Shown here piece by piece: positions 1-13,958 of a stretch of 64,000 bases of DNA. Source of the stretch: the human T2T-CHM13v2.0 reference genome, Homo sapiens. The stretch lies in NCBI RefSeq assembly GCF_009914755.1, contig NC_060938.1. One strand, given 5' to 3'. The notes beneath the pieces are model-generated. The model was not told where the DNA came from. It saw only the letters and a list, made by a program, of their open reading frames with translations, and did no database searches. Position 1 is the first letter of the stretch. Each line of letters starts with the position of its first letter. The position numbers and the translations under genes are program-made.

Positions 1-349
1 GAAGTAGTAAATTGAGTGCCATCAACCAGCTTGAGGAGAAAACAAGCTTTCAAAAAAAGTCTACTCTAGAACCTTAAATGGTGGTGGAAATGTTACATGC
101 CCAAATCTAAAGTGATATTTTTGCAATAGCTTGCATCAAATAGGGGGTTTCCATTTTGGATTTGGAATCCTAACATCCAGCAATTTATACATATATATAT
201 AGACTGAAATTCTCTGAGCAAGAGATTAGTGGTAGGGAAGGTGAGCAGGGAATAGGCAGTACCATGAGAATAATCATCATGTTTCCCTTCTTGACTTACT
301 CCATCTCCTGACACCCTATACCTAAACACTGAACAAAAACAGAGCCTGG

Positions 350-548
350 CAGGGTGGATTTTGGAGCCAGGTATATTTACCTTTGAATCTTAGCTCTACT
401 ATAAAATTATTAGAGTTATGATCTTAAGGTTCTTAGAGCCTCATTTTTCCCCATATGTAAGGAGAATATCCATTTTACAGGATGAAATGAAGTATTTTAT
501 GTAAAGTTTTTGGCACAAAGTGAGAATTTGATAAATGAAAGTTATTGT
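350..548 (+). mobile_element. MIR SINE fragment
   Basis: MIR-like head (tttggagccagg...tttgaatcttagctct), core (agcctcatttttccccatatgtaa) and tail (tggcacaaagtgag...ataaatg). Confidence 0.7.
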
Positions 549-724
549 TTCACATACTTAGAAGTAGTGGGGTAAGATTATTACTCTCTCAAGAAGAAAA
601 TGCAATTTCTCCTCAACTCCAGCCCTGAAACCAAGAAAATCATTCTTAGAGCTTTTAAGAGAAGAACTCTTTAATATATTTTAAATATTTATACTGTGTC
701 AAGCATATATATTATTTCATTTAA

Positions 725-936
725 TTTCCTGTCTCTGCTTAAATTTTGTTCATAACACTTATCACCTTCTGCAAACTAAACATTTTACTTGTTTGTTTGT
801 TTCTCCCTGGTATAATATAACTTGTATAAGGGCAGAGATTTTTGTCTATTTTGTTCATTGATGTTTCCTTAGCTCCCAGAATAGTGCCTGGCATATGGTA
901 GGTGCTCAATAAACATTTGTTACGAGAGTAAATGAA
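725..936 (+). mobile_element. L2 LINE 3' end
   Basis: Typical L2 terminus agaatagtgcctggcatatggtaggtgctcaataaacatttgtt...aatgaat. Confidence 0.85.
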
Positions 937-2084
937 TCCACATAACCCTGTGAGAGGAGGCCACATGATTGTATTCAGTAATAAAAAATTAACTCTCTTT
1001 TGCAGTGGTCCTTTTCAAGGTATAAACACCCTTGAGTTATTCTTGCTATTCCAGATAGCATGCCAAGAAATTCTTGTGGCTGATGGTTAGGGTATCATGT
1101 ACCATCCAATTATTCTAAATTCTTCTATTGGAAGCAGGGATATTGCCTGGGAAGCTCTGATGTCCTCCTCTCTAAAGGGTTTCTATGAGGAAGCTGGGGT
1201 TTCACAGGTCATTTGAAAGATACATTGATTCTTTTACTGGTGGTTGTCTCTTCCTTTCTCTCTTTAGTGAATTTGGGTCCCCTTCAGGAACAGGGTTATT
1301 TATTCTCCTTTAAATCATGAATCCCCAGCTGTAAATCTCAGATTGATGGATTGGTGGAATTTGAAAGACTCTTTGATGAAAGTTTCAGATAGGGAGAGTG
1401 ATAAGCCATGACAGTCAGCCCTTCTCTGTTGCTATTAAAAATGCTCTAATGAGAAATAGAGCAAAGCACAGGAACACAATGATACAGTTGTTTCATGAAG
1501 AACATACAGCTTCATAAATGAAGGAATAATTAAGATAGCCTAATTCTATACTTATTTTGAATTAGATTCAAAACAATCTTTGAAGTGGATATCTGCAGCT
1601 GAATTTTGTACCAAAGGCATATTCTAAATGTCATACTTTTGAACTGAGTATTTATTTCTCAGGGAGCAGGTGTTAGGGTTTTTTTTTTTTCCTTGAAATT
1701 CAAACCATTTTGACAGTATCCTATTTTTAGAATGCCTTTTTCTTTAAAAAGACAAGCAATATCCAAAAGCAGTAGAAAGACATCTTGGGAGAAGGCAGTG
1801 TTCTGGTTATACCATAATCATAACAAGCTGAATAAGAAAAAGTAATGCTGTTAAAATTTAAAACTCAGTGTTTTTATTTTATGATAATAAAACATATTTG
1901 TTTTTATTAAATGTTATTTAATATATTAAATAAAACATATTTAATATACTTTCAACAACCTTATGCTACAAAATAAAAATTATACCTCATGAAAATTTTC
2001 TTGCATCTGCAATATATGGCATGGTCAGTTGCAATGTACAAATACATTACTGTGTTCAAATAGCATGTTATTCTAATCTATTTC

Positions 2085-2227
2085 AGAGAGCACTGGACTG
2101 GGAGTAAGGCACCTGAATTTTTAGTCCCTGCTGACATACTCTTCCTGAATCTTGGTTTCCTCCACAGTAAAACAAAAGGGTAAAATTTAAATGATTTTTG
2201 TTTCCTGATAGCTCTAGTATTTTATGC
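2085..2227 (+). mobile_element. MIR/MIR3 fragment
   Basis: gagagcactggactgggagt...cttggtttcctccacagtaaaa...agctctagtattttatg. Confidence 0.6.
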
Positions 2228-2355
2228 CTCATTTACAGGGTTCTCCATATTTCTCCATTGTTTGTTTAGTCTTAGGATTTTCCAAAAATCTGTTCCACAG
2301 AGTATTTTAAATTTCCTTAGTGTGCTCATGTACCTGAAAACATATTTTAATTTAT

Positions 2356-2716
2356 TATCTTAGTTCATTTGGAGTGCTATAACAAAATACCATAAACTGG
2401 GTTGCTTGTAAACAACAGAAATTTATTTCTCACAGTTCCGGAAGCTGGGAAGTCCAAGGTCAAGGTACCAAAGATTTGGTGTCAGGTGAGTCCACTTTCT
2501 GGTTCACAGCTGGTACCTTCTAGCTGTGTGCTCACATAATGGAAGGGATAAAGAGTCTCTCTTGGGCCTCTTTTATTAGGGCACTAACCCCATTCATGAG
2601 GGTTCCACCCTATGATCTAATCACTTCCCAAAGGCCCTGCCTCCTAATATCATCACCTTGGGGGTTAGGATTTTAACATATAAATTTTGGGAACGCAAAA
2701 CATTCAGACAATAGTA
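2356..2716 (-). mobile_element. ERVL-MaLR solo LTR (MLT1A/MLT1A0-like)
   Basis: tatcttagttcatttggagtgctataacaaaataccataaactggg...cattcagacaatagta; 5-bp TSD TTTAT at 2351-2355 and 2717-2721. Confidence 0.9.
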
Positions 2717-3044
2717 TTTATATACCATTTATATTTCACACTTGTGTGTTTTATTAGCTTATATTTCATAATACTTTTGGTGGTCAACCTAAAGTCAACA
2801 CATAAAGTTTCGCTTAAACTAACAAGCTATTATCTTTCACAAGAAAATTTTTTTAGAGTTTCCTTATCTTGCAAATTTGTGTTTCTATTTGTTTTTTCTC
2901 TTTTTAGCCACAACATATTTTTGCTGTTAATGAGTTGGGTGAAGTATTTGGTTCCCCTCTACCCTTCCTATTGGGTATAGAATTTCTTTAGAAATTTACA
3001 CTGCTGCTGTAGACATTCACATAAAATATAAGTGAAAGTGCTGT

Positions 3045-3127
3045 TGTTAGGTCAAATGGTATGGAATTTCCATTGTTGTTGTCAAAAAATGGCCAAATAT
3101 TAACAGTTTCATGATACTTTGATAACA
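3045..3127 (-). mobile_element. MADE2-like mariner MITE
   Basis: ~80-bp degenerate palindrome tgttaggtcaaatggtatggaatttccatt...aaaaatggccaaatattaacagtttcatg resembling the MADE2 consensus. Confidence 0.65.
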
Positions 3128-3214
3128 GTTTCCAATAATTTGTTCATTATCATAACAATGTTAGTCTTTACTATTTTTATAACTCAGTGATGAGAGCCAG
3201 TCCCTAAATGAACT

Positions 3215-3395
3215 AGTGAAGTAGTGCAAAGAGCACACAGGGTCCTTGGTGAAAGATAGATTGGGGATTGAATTCTGCTTCTATACTGCCAACATTGTGA
3301 CCATGGGCAAGTTGCTGAGTTTTGTTGAGCTTCAGTGTCCTTGTTTGTAAAATAAAAATGATAATGCCTGCCTCTCAAGCTTGCTGAGAAGAATG
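3215..3395 (+). mobile_element. MIR
   Basis: Core tgtgaccatgggcaagttgctgag...gcttcagtgtccttgtttgtaaaataaaaatgataat. Confidence 0.8.
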
Positions 3396-3442
3396 CCCCT
3401 GGCTCCCAGAATAATGTTTTATTTTGTCTAAAATGACTCTCA

Positions 3443-3730
3443 GGCTGGATGTGGTGGCTCAGGCCTGGCCATCATTTTAGGGAAGCTCAGGAGGGAGGAT
3501 TGTTTGAGTACAGGAGTTTGAGACCAGCCTGAGCAAAAAAGTCCCTAAAAAACAAGTAAAAAATTAGATGGGCGTAGTGGTGTACAACTGTAATTCCAGC
3601 TACTAGGGAGGCTGAGGCAAGAAGATTGCTTGAGCCCAGGTGTCTGAGGCTGCAATGAGCTGTGATCATGTCACTGCACTCTATCCTGGGTGACAGAGCA
3701 AGTCCCTGTCTCTGAAAATAAATACATAAA
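3443..3730 (+). mobile_element. AluJ
   Basis: Diverged dimeric Alu with J-type gattgcttgagcccagg; TSD taaaat(g/a)actctc at 3429-3441 and 3731-3743. Confidence 0.92.
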
Positions 3731-3789
3731 TAAAATAACTCTCTTGAGTCCATGAGTCTGGTACCAGACTGGAAGGGACAAATCTTTGA

Positions 3790-4130
3790 GTCTCTACCTT
3801 TTCTCTGGATGATCTATGCTTGTTGATGGCTTCTTCTATTTCCATGTGCTGATGACTCATAAATTCAGATTTCTAGCCTCTGATTATTTTCTCCCAGATT
3901 CAGACTTGTATTTCTCCTGCTTTCTGTATGTCTTTTCCTGAATCTTCCACAGGCACTTTTCACTTAGCACACCTGAAATGATCTCATCCTTTCTGAACTT
4001 CCTGTCTGGAATTAAGAATTGTCTTCAGTCCCTGCCCTTAGGGTGGAGACTGGGAGTCATCCTAAGCCCTCTCTTCCATGTCTACCCTCACCTAAGTCCT
4101 GTTGAGTCACCAAGTTCTGTTTTGTTTCTA
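3790..4130 (+). mobile_element. L2 fragment
   Basis: catgtgctgatgactcataaattcagatttctagcc...cccagattcagacttgtatttc is an L2 ORF2/3' region motif. Confidence 0.6.
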
Positions 4131-4789
4131 AGTGACTGGGATTTGGTAAAAATGAGCTTAAGATCACCCCATATAATTTTTGATTGTGTGATAGATCTAG
4201 GTCATGCTCTTCTACTTCCTGCCTTCCCTTTCTCTAAACCATACAACTGATATTATTAGACATTTTCTCATGAAGCCCCTCCTATCTCCATGATCTTTCT
4301 GCTGCTCTTTGAACCTTTTCCAGCTTTGTTAAAGCCCATGTCTAGGACAGCCTCAAGTATCCAGTGTAGCTAGTGCACTGTGGTAAAGAGAGGAAGAAAA
4401 TGCAGTGTCAGCGCTGGATGGAGACTCTACTGAACAAGAGATGTGTTATCCTAGATAGAAAGGGTTTGTTATTTTTTTTTAATTTTGAAATAAAATTCTG
4501 TCTGATCGGAGAATTCTCCAAATTGATATGTAAAGTTACTACATCCTAATTCAAGGGGATTACATAGTGCTGACTTCAGTACCAGAATGTATTTCTTTTT
4601 TGCACAATTATCATTTGTCTTTGGAATTAATTCCAGTAGGCAGGAGCCAGTTTTAACTCCATGGCCTACAACCCTGGCATTGTTATGCACACTAATGTTC
4701 ACAATAGAACAAAACAGCAACCTTTTTTCCCGTTGAGAATTTAAAAGACCTTTTTTCCCCTTGACGATTTTCCCATGAGGAAGGCAGAT

Positions 4790-5025
4790 AGGATGTTGGT
4801 AAGCCTGGGCTTGGGGCCAGTTAGATCTTCTGGGTTCAAATCTCAGTCCCACCCCCACTAGCTCTGTGCCCAGGGAAACTTGCCTAACCTTTCTGGGTCC
4901 TATTTTCTTCACGGTACCTTCCTTGTCAAGGAAGTATTACCTTCCTTGTCAAGACTTAGAAACAACGTGTGTAAAGCACCTAGCAGAGTGCCTAGGATAC
5001 AGGAGGTGCTCTGGAGTGGTTAGTG
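4790..5025 (+). mobile_element. MIR
   Basis: ctgggttcaaatctcagtccc...actagctctgtg...gtgtgtaaagcacctagcagagtgcctagg. Confidence 0.8.
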
Positions 5026-5200
5026 GAGACCTAGATTATTCAGAATGTAAGCAGAGGGCTAACTGGTGGTCAGCCTGACTTGCCCTGGTTTTAGGAGAGT
5101 TTCTGTTCCAATTCCAGACCTGTGGGATATCGGTGGTCAAGTAAGTCTTGTACTATAATCTACTCCAGCTGCCCTGCTTCCTCCTTAAATTAGACAGGAA

Positions 5201-5485
<285 letters not shown>

Positions 5486-6341
5486 TTAGGAACAACTGTA
5501 TCAACTGTAAAGAACTGGGGAGACTAGCAGTATCTCTGCTTGGCCCATGCTTCACACCCCATTAAAACCCCAGTTTCTTCTTACAACCTTTGCCTTTTCT
5601 CTAGCTCTCTGTGGTCATAACGTTCTCTGAATTCCTAAAGCAATAATGCTTTTTATCATGATTTACTACTTGTTCATATACTCTGAGGTTGTTTCACATG
5701 TGTAAGTCTGTCTCCTCAAGCAATTGGAAGCACCTCTGGCAAAAACTCTGGCTGTTGTATTCCCCAAGGAGCTGGCCCCTGTGCGAAACTGGGGACAGGT
5801 GCAGTTTGACCTACTCTCCCTGTGTTCCCAGTCCCTTTTGCTACTCATGGATGTCTAGAAGCTCTTTCTGGAGCCTGCCATCAGGCATTGCCCAAGGCCA
5901 TGTCCCATGATCCATCCATACAGTGTTGTCATCATTCTAGCTGTGATGTTCTGGGAGCTGTCCAGACAAGTAGTGATTATAAGACCAAGAGATTCTTGCA
6001 GTGTCCTGAATATAACACCAATCCAACATGCATTGATCTAATGCCTACATAGTGGCATGATTGTGCCATGATTGTGCAGAACATACGTAGCTGAGCAAGA
6101 TAATGGGGAGTCAGAGAAATTATAAAACCACCTAATTAGTCCCAGTAAATACAAAGAGCTATGGGAAGGTCGATGAGGGTGCAGTTAATTCAGTCAGGGT
6201 TCAGGGTCTAAACAGGAAGTAAAATCTGACCTGAGCCTTGAGGAGTGACTGAGGATTTCAGCTGGGTATAGATAAGGGCATTCCTGAGTATGGGTGACCA
6301 CTGTGTTAAGCAAGTGGAGTATAAGAGTATATACATAAGGA

Positions 6342-6740
<399 letters not shown>

Positions 6741-7006
6741 TCAAAAAATGGCTGTGTAAAATGAATATTTATATATCAAATTTTGTTTTTTCTATGCTTC
6801 CTTTCTAATTTGGGGAAATGTTTTCATAGAAGGGATTTTAGGGCCAATGAATATTAAAATTCATAGTTAAAACACAATGTTGTCAAGGGAAATTCCATAT
6901 TTTAAAATGTGCATTTACTTCTCTAATACCGATTCAGTTCACACAGTCTATCACATACACAGGTGTTAAAATGCTGTATCTAGTTAACTTCACATTTTTC
7001 CCACAG

Positions 7007-7081
7007 GTATTGAATGTGTAAGCAGACACAGGGGTAACTCTCAAGGAACAAAATTGCCTGAAGGCTTTTCCACAGGTACAG
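7007..7081 (+). other. Candidate cassette / recursive-splicing exon (69 or 75 nt)
   Basis: ttaac branch-like motif + ttcacatttttcccacAG acceptor followed immediately by GTATTG; downstream donors cag|GTACAG (7076) and cag|GTAAAA (7082). Confidence 0.3.
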
Positions 7082-7609
7082 GTAAAAATTGCCTTGGAAA
7101 TGATTACATGACTTAGCAATGAGGGGTTAGTATTTCTTTAGGCTGTCAGCTGTGATGTAGCCAGTAGCATCTGAGCTTGAATTATCTCCATCACTGAGCC
7201 TCAGACATGTTTGGGCATGTCTGCTGAATGTCTGCCCTGTATCTGTGATGAGTTGGTGGTCTGTCCCATCAGTGTATTGATACTAGAGTCAAAAGCGGTT
7301 CCTAGAGAGAAAGTATCCTAAGAAAGGTGGAGTCAGCCACAGTAAGCTCTGATCACCAGAGGGTGGAGTGATTCTGATGTCAGTTTCTATGTGGGTCATG
7401 AGGAAGTGTCCTGTCTCAGCCATTCCCTGGACTCTGGCCTGAGTCCTAGAAAAGCTGGGGAGGGGTGAGTGGGCTGAATGTAAGAGCTCTTCCACTAAAG
7501 AATCTGTATGTCATTTGAGCACAAGACCACTGCTGCAATAGCCCTCAGGAGAGTATATTGTATAAGAGGGAGAAAGGCATATTTCCCTCTATCCACAGAT
7601 GCTTGAAGC

Positions 7610-7826
7610 CAGAGGTTTCCAAACTGTTTTGATTGACATATTTATCTGTTAAAAAATGTCTGAGCTCTCTCATGTATTAATGTCTTACATATTTTACAAA
7701 ACATATAGAAGTAAAAATCTGAAAGGTTAAAATAAAAATTAAACAGAAGTTCTAATATTTTCATCACACCCCAAAGGTTTGCCTTGCATCCCCCTTTATG
7801 ATGAGTCCCCCATCATGAAGACCACT
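7610..7826. mobile_element. hAT-Charlie-type MITE (subfamily undetermined)
   Basis: Termini cagaggtttccaaact ... gaagaccacta resemble Charlie/MER5-type TIRs; AT-rich interior. Confidence 0.5.
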
Positions 7827-8211
7827 ACTCTAGAGCATTAGTGGGAGGGGCCTGGCAGTGCCCAGAAATAGCAGCTCTTCCTGGTAAAGGTGCCCATGAT
7901 GCAGTGAGTGTGCATACATGTGAAATTCATGCTGGAGCTTCATGAGATTCTACTTAGGGCCCTGTTTTCAGGGAGCTAAGACTCTGATAAGGAGGTTAAA
8001 ATAAAGATGGAGAGAAATGTAGCACATTACCAAAAATGTTACTCCATTTGAACTTCCAGGCTGGTGAGCCATGGAGGAACTTGAGTTGTACAAATTAAAC
8101 ATCTTTCTGAGACAGTATGTTTGTATTGCATTTTAGAATTTACCAAGCACTTTCACTTGTAACTTCCCAAAAACTCTGTGGGATATGAAGGATGGAAATT
8201 GAAAATGTCTT

Positions 8212-8515
8212 GTTTTATTTTATTTATTTTTTTTGAGATGAAGTCTCGCTCTTTCACCCAGGCCGAACTGCGGTGGTGCTATCTTGGCTCACTGAAAGCT
8301 CCGCCTCCCGGGTTCACGCCATTCTTCTGCCTCAGCCTCCCGAGTAGCTGGGACTACAGGGGCCCGCCACCGCGCCCGGCTAATTTTTTGTATTTTTAGT
8401 AGAGACGGGGTTTCACCTTGTTAGCCAGGATGGTCTCGATCTCCTGACCTTGTGATCCACCCACCTCGGCCTCCCAAAGTGCTGGGATTACAGGCGTGAG
8501 CCACCGCACCCAGCC
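8212..8515 (-). mobile_element. AluY (Yb3a/Yk-like variants) inserted in a MIR
   Basis: CpG-rich AluY; TSD gaaattga(a/g)aat(g/t)tctt at 8195-8211 and 8517-8533. Confidence 0.95.
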
Positions 8516-9281
8516 AGAAATTGAGAATTTCTTTAAGCCAATTTGGTTACACTCAGATTTCAGCTTCATTTTGGAAATCACAGTAAACACCCAAAAAGTT
8601 TGGGGTGGTGATAGTTACTTCTTCTATAGGCTTGATACCAAGTTGTAATGAATTCAAGCCTTAGACCAAAATATCATATAGAGATATTTATTAGACTAGC
8701 GTTAATTTGCAAAGCAGGCACAAAATATTTCATACAGTCTGTTTGATAGATTGATGAACTCTCAGCTCTATTTTGTTTTAGGTGCTCTAACTATATATTA
8801 AGTAAAAAATAAAAAATAAAAGCTTTGCTCTATTTAGGATTCTGCATCCTTTGTATGTAAATCAGAAATCCTTTTAAATCAATGGTTGGAGACAAGGACA
8901 GATTAGGGATTAAGTCTCAGGCAACATCACTCAAGGGTACAAAGTTGAGGCATCAGAGAAGTCTTGCCCTTTTTTCTTACACATGTTTCTAAATTATTTT
9001 AGCTAACCCATATGTCTTGAATACGTTTAATTTCACCAGGTAAAACCCATTTCTAAACTTTCAGCTTGCTAAATGGTAATGGTTATTGACTGAAGTAGGA
9101 GTGAGTCCATCCCCTTTCTGATGTATTGTTGCCTCACACACACACCCACTTTCGGACTGTACATTTCAGGCATTGCTTTAGCTGACTTTGCCTAGAAATG
9201 AAACTTAAATTAATTGTCACATATATCAAACCAATTAGAATGAAGTATTTAAAAATAAATTATAGAGCTTGTAACATTGGA

Positions 9282-9410
9282 TTATCATTTTACAGACACT
9301 GAAGCTTATGATCTATGATTTGCCTAAAGTTTTTCAATTTGTGAGTGGGGATAAGACACTGAACCCAAATGTAAATGACTCTCAATTCCATGCTGTCTTT
9401 GTAATACCAA
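9282..9410 (-). mobile_element. MIR fragment
   Basis: cattttacaga...gatttgcctaaag...tgaacccaaatg...tgactc. Confidence 0.6.
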
Positions 9411-10104
9411 TGCCCCTGACTATATGGTCACTTCCAATGCTGACCTCTTGGGATTGAGGCACTCTGGCCCTTGGCCACTTTTTAAAAAGCCTAAAGTTTA
9501 ATTAATAGTAATAGTCCAATGTTAAAAAGTAAGGAATCTGTGTCTTCTGTTGACCTGGTTCCTCCTGTAATTCTTCCTGAGGGGAGGAAAGACAATACGT
9601 ATCAGATTTATGAGGCTTTGTTTAGATTTTCCAAAGGTAACTTCAGTTGCTTTAGTTCTTATAACTCTTTTCCTCAAGGAAATCGGGATACATTTTCTAG
9701 GCCCTGAGGGACATTTGTGTGTAGCCACATGGACCCTGAAGGCCATGACCCAAGGGCAGGGGCTGCTGTGGATAGTAAGATACAGATGAAGTGCTGGGCA
9801 GGTCAAGAACCTGGAAGACACAGCTGGGTGGGACCATGCCAGGAGCAAAAGTGAGAAGTTCAAGGTGGGCCAGACCAGAAATATGCTAGACAGGTACCAT
9901 GGGATTTTAAAGGTTCCAGCCTATGGCAGGGATCACCTGGCCTTGCCCAGAAGAATGTAGGTTTTAGGATAGAGCAAGAATAACCAGTGTAAAATTAGCA
10001 CATTTTAAGATACTGGGCGCAAAAAGCAGGAATCCCAAACTGAGAATGTTTAGTAAGAAGAATGTGGATACTGAAGAACTCAAAAGACTTTTGTCTGAAT
10101 GGGG

Positions 10105-10459
<355 letters not shown>

Positions 10460-11425
10460 TAGGCTTCTGATACATGCTAAACCAGGGTGCTTTTTCCACA
10501 TTGCTCCCCACCCAACACTCTGCAGGGCCCAGATAACTCCCTGAGAGGTGCCAAGTGGCCCTAAATTTTTTACTTATTCCTATTCTTGTGTCCTGAGGCC
10601 AGCCTGTGAGTCCCAGGGTCCTTTTCACAGATCTCTCAGTACTCCCATCTGGTTCCTATACCGTGGGATTCCCGGCAGCCCCTCTAACCAGACAGAGTGC
10701 TTGAGGTAGAGGCACCATTTAAATCACCCTCTAGGACCTTTGTTACTGGTTTATAATTCATAAAAGAGATTCTCTAGTACTTATTACTCAATAAGAACAA
10801 TGACATTGGTGTTTGACGTACAGGATTTGTTTAAAGGGGCATTTTATAGATCTGTAGGGCAATGGCCATTTCCAAAGCAATGACATTGTAGTATTTCAAA
10901 ACAAAAGCTATTTTGGACAGGAATTCAAAACTGAACTCTGTAGATCCAAAGAGAGTTTGACTTGTGTATAGGAGTTTTTTTCTTTTCTTTTTAGTGCGTT
11001 TCAAAACATTTCATTTAAACTTAAAAACTAAAAGATCACAAGTTTTCCACAAAGCTCTTTTGATTTCATTGTTCTGCATAGATGCTTGGAAAGGAGGGAA
11101 AATGTTTTATGGTGAAAGAATGCAGACTTCCGGTCCAGAGGATGGAGAGCGTCTATTTCTTGGCCTTCTGTGGTCCTTAGCCTCAGAAATATAGAAAGAA
11201 ATATAGAAAGATCTGTGGACATGTCAGGGCTTGATGCAGTGAGTAATGGGATACAATTTTGGATTAGCAGCTGGAAATTCCAAATTTATTACAAATGTGC
11301 ATAAAAATAATAACAATGATGGATTCTTTCATTTATTGAGTGATTACTATGTGTCAGGCTCTGTGTTAGGAAGTGCTCGATATACACTAACTCGAAGCTT
11401 CAACAAACTTTGAGGGTAGTTGAAG

Positions 11426-12490
11426 GAACACATTAATGCCCAGACCTTGGTGCTATACACCATTCATCAATAAAAGGAATCAGGGCTCCTTCAAGTAATG
11501 GCTAATACTAGGGGCAGGGAAACATTTTAGATGTGCGTTAGTGAGTATCATGTAGTTCAAGAATGTAAGGAAATGTTCAAAAAACAAAAGGATGGAGCTG
11601 TTGAAGAGACATAGGAGCCAAGCTGAAAGAGCTTCTACTGGCCACACCTAATAAATAATGTAGTATTGAGTTAAAATATAAAATAAATATACATGAGTGT
11701 ATACTAATATAAATGAATAATTGAATAAATAGATAAACAGGAGAAGAGATAGATCTTTCTTACAGAAACTTCCAAATAATATGTGTAAATACTCCCATTT
11801 CTAGGAGGAAGAGTTTAAGCCACTCCTGAGGGTGGGCTAGACTTAGTGACTTGCTCTCAGAAAACAGGATATGAAAGTGAACAATAGTAGCTTTACAGTA
11901 GTGAAACCTGGTAAGTATAACCCTAACCAAGTGATGAAGGTTGATGTCACCATTGATGTTGTGTGGATATTGTATACCCCTAATGTGATGTGGTGAGAAG
12001 AGTACTACTTCACCTCCATGGTATTCTTCTCAAATATCCATAATTCATTTTAATTATCAGAAAATTATCAGATAAACCGAGACTGGGGACATTCTAGGGA
12101 TACTTGGCCTGTATTTCTGCAGACTATCAAGGTCATGAGAAACAAGGAAAGCCTAAAAGGCTATTATAGACCAGAGGAGACTAAGGACATATGACAACTA
12201 AATGTGATGTGGTACTCAAGATTAGGTCCTGGGACTGCAAGAGGACATTAATGAAAAAACTGGTGAAATACAAATAAAGTCTGGAGTTTAATTAATAGTT
12301 CTGTACTAAGATCAGTTTTATACTTTTTACATATGTACCTTGATAACATGAGATGTTAACAATGGAGGAAACAGGGTGAGAGGTATGGGAACTCTCTGTA
12401 CTATCTTTGCAGCTTTTCTCTAAATATAAAATTATAACAAAATAAAAAATGTATTAAATGAATAAGTAAATAAATATATATATGTATAAA
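11426..12490 (+). mobile_element. Old L1 (L1MC/L1MD-type) 3' end inserted in a MIR
   Basis: aataaaaggaatcagggctcctt...gggaactctctgtactatctttgcagcttttc...aaaataaaa; candidate TSD tagttgaag at 11417-11425 and 12491-12499. Confidence 0.8.
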
Positions 12491-12980
12491 TAGTTGAAGA
12501 TTTAACAGGGTAATACAGATTTATTTTTTAAAAATCAGAGGATGGTAGGATGAGAAGTAGAACTTCTCTGAGTAGGAACTCCAAGCCTACCCCATTCTAA
12601 TAGCACAGGTAAATAGCTTAACAATTTGGCATATGTTTTCCCAGATATTTTCTATGATGTGTAGGTACATATTTTAAATCTGGAACCCTGCTTTTCATTC
12701 TGTCCTATGGCTTATTTTTTTGTCTACTAAACCCTGAATCTCGAACTTGGTTTTCAGACAGAATATAGTGATTTTCCAGATGATTTTTAAATGTTTGAGA
12801 GAGAATATTGCTTCCACAAAGGTATCAAACTGTCGAGTCTACATCTTACTTTATTTTTAAGCATTTTAGATATATATCTTATAGACATTAAATAGTTTTT
12901 CATTTCTTCTAACCTAGAGGTCTAAAAGAATCATTTAGGTGTTCCTAAATTTTTGTTATATTAGTCAAAATTATTACCTG

Positions 12981-13284
12981 GGCCAGGCATGGTGGCTCAT
13001 GCCTGTAATCCCAGCACTTTGGGAGGCTGAGGCAGGTGGATCACCCGAGGTCGGGAGTTCCAGGCCAGCCTGGCCAACACGGCGAAAGCCCATCTCTATG
13101 ACAAATACAAAATTAGCCAGGTGTGGTGGCACACACCTGTAGTCCCAGCTATTTGGGAGACTGAGGCAGGAGAATCGCTTGAACCCTGGAGGCAGAGGCT
13201 GTAGTGAGTCGAGATTGCACACCACTGCACAGCCTGGATGAGACAGAGCAAGACTTCATCTCAAAAAAAAAAAAAAACAAAAAC
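12981..13284 (+). mobile_element. AluS (Sx-like)
   Basis: Full dimer; TSD attattacctg at 12970-12980 and 13285-13295. Confidence 0.95.
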
Positions 13285-13772
13285 ATTATTACCTGCTGTG
13301 CTCTAAACATTTGGAATGGTAGATTTTTAGTAAAGACTAAGAAAAGAAATGTATTAATCTTTAAATACATAGAATTATGAAAGATGTTGCTGGTTGATCT
13401 TTGTTGATGAATGCTAGCTAGCCGAAGTTGTTAGTGATAGAAATTGAATATATATGTGTGTGTATGTATATGTGTATATATACATACACAATTATATCTA
13501 TAAAATTTAAAAGCATTCCTTTGCTCTGGCTCAGACAGGATAAGAATGGTAACCACTGATTATCTGATCTCAGATCCAAATAAATTACTAATCTAATTTA
13601 TTTGGATTAACAGGTTTTCTTTATTTTTTCATTTCTCCTTGTAACAGGCAGAGCTGTGATTTGAACTTGGGTTTGTCTCCAGTACTCCCATGCCTGCTGG
13701 ATATCCCTGATGTAGAAGCTATAGAGAGTTTCACAGCTGTGGGCACTGCTTTTGTGTAGTCTTGGGAGACCC

Positions 13773-13838
<66 letters not shown>
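13773..13838. repeat. (TG)n microsatellite, interrupted
   Basis: Direct reading. Confidence 0.97.
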
Positions 13839-13840
<2 letters not shown>

Positions 13841-13958
13841 GGGGGTGGGTGTCTAGGCCCTTTCTCCTATCATAGCCAGTTCTCTCTCATTCCTAGCCCA
13901 GATTGTAACAGTCTTTCATTGGTTAGCTTCACTGTGCCTTTCCCAACCTCCCATTTCT

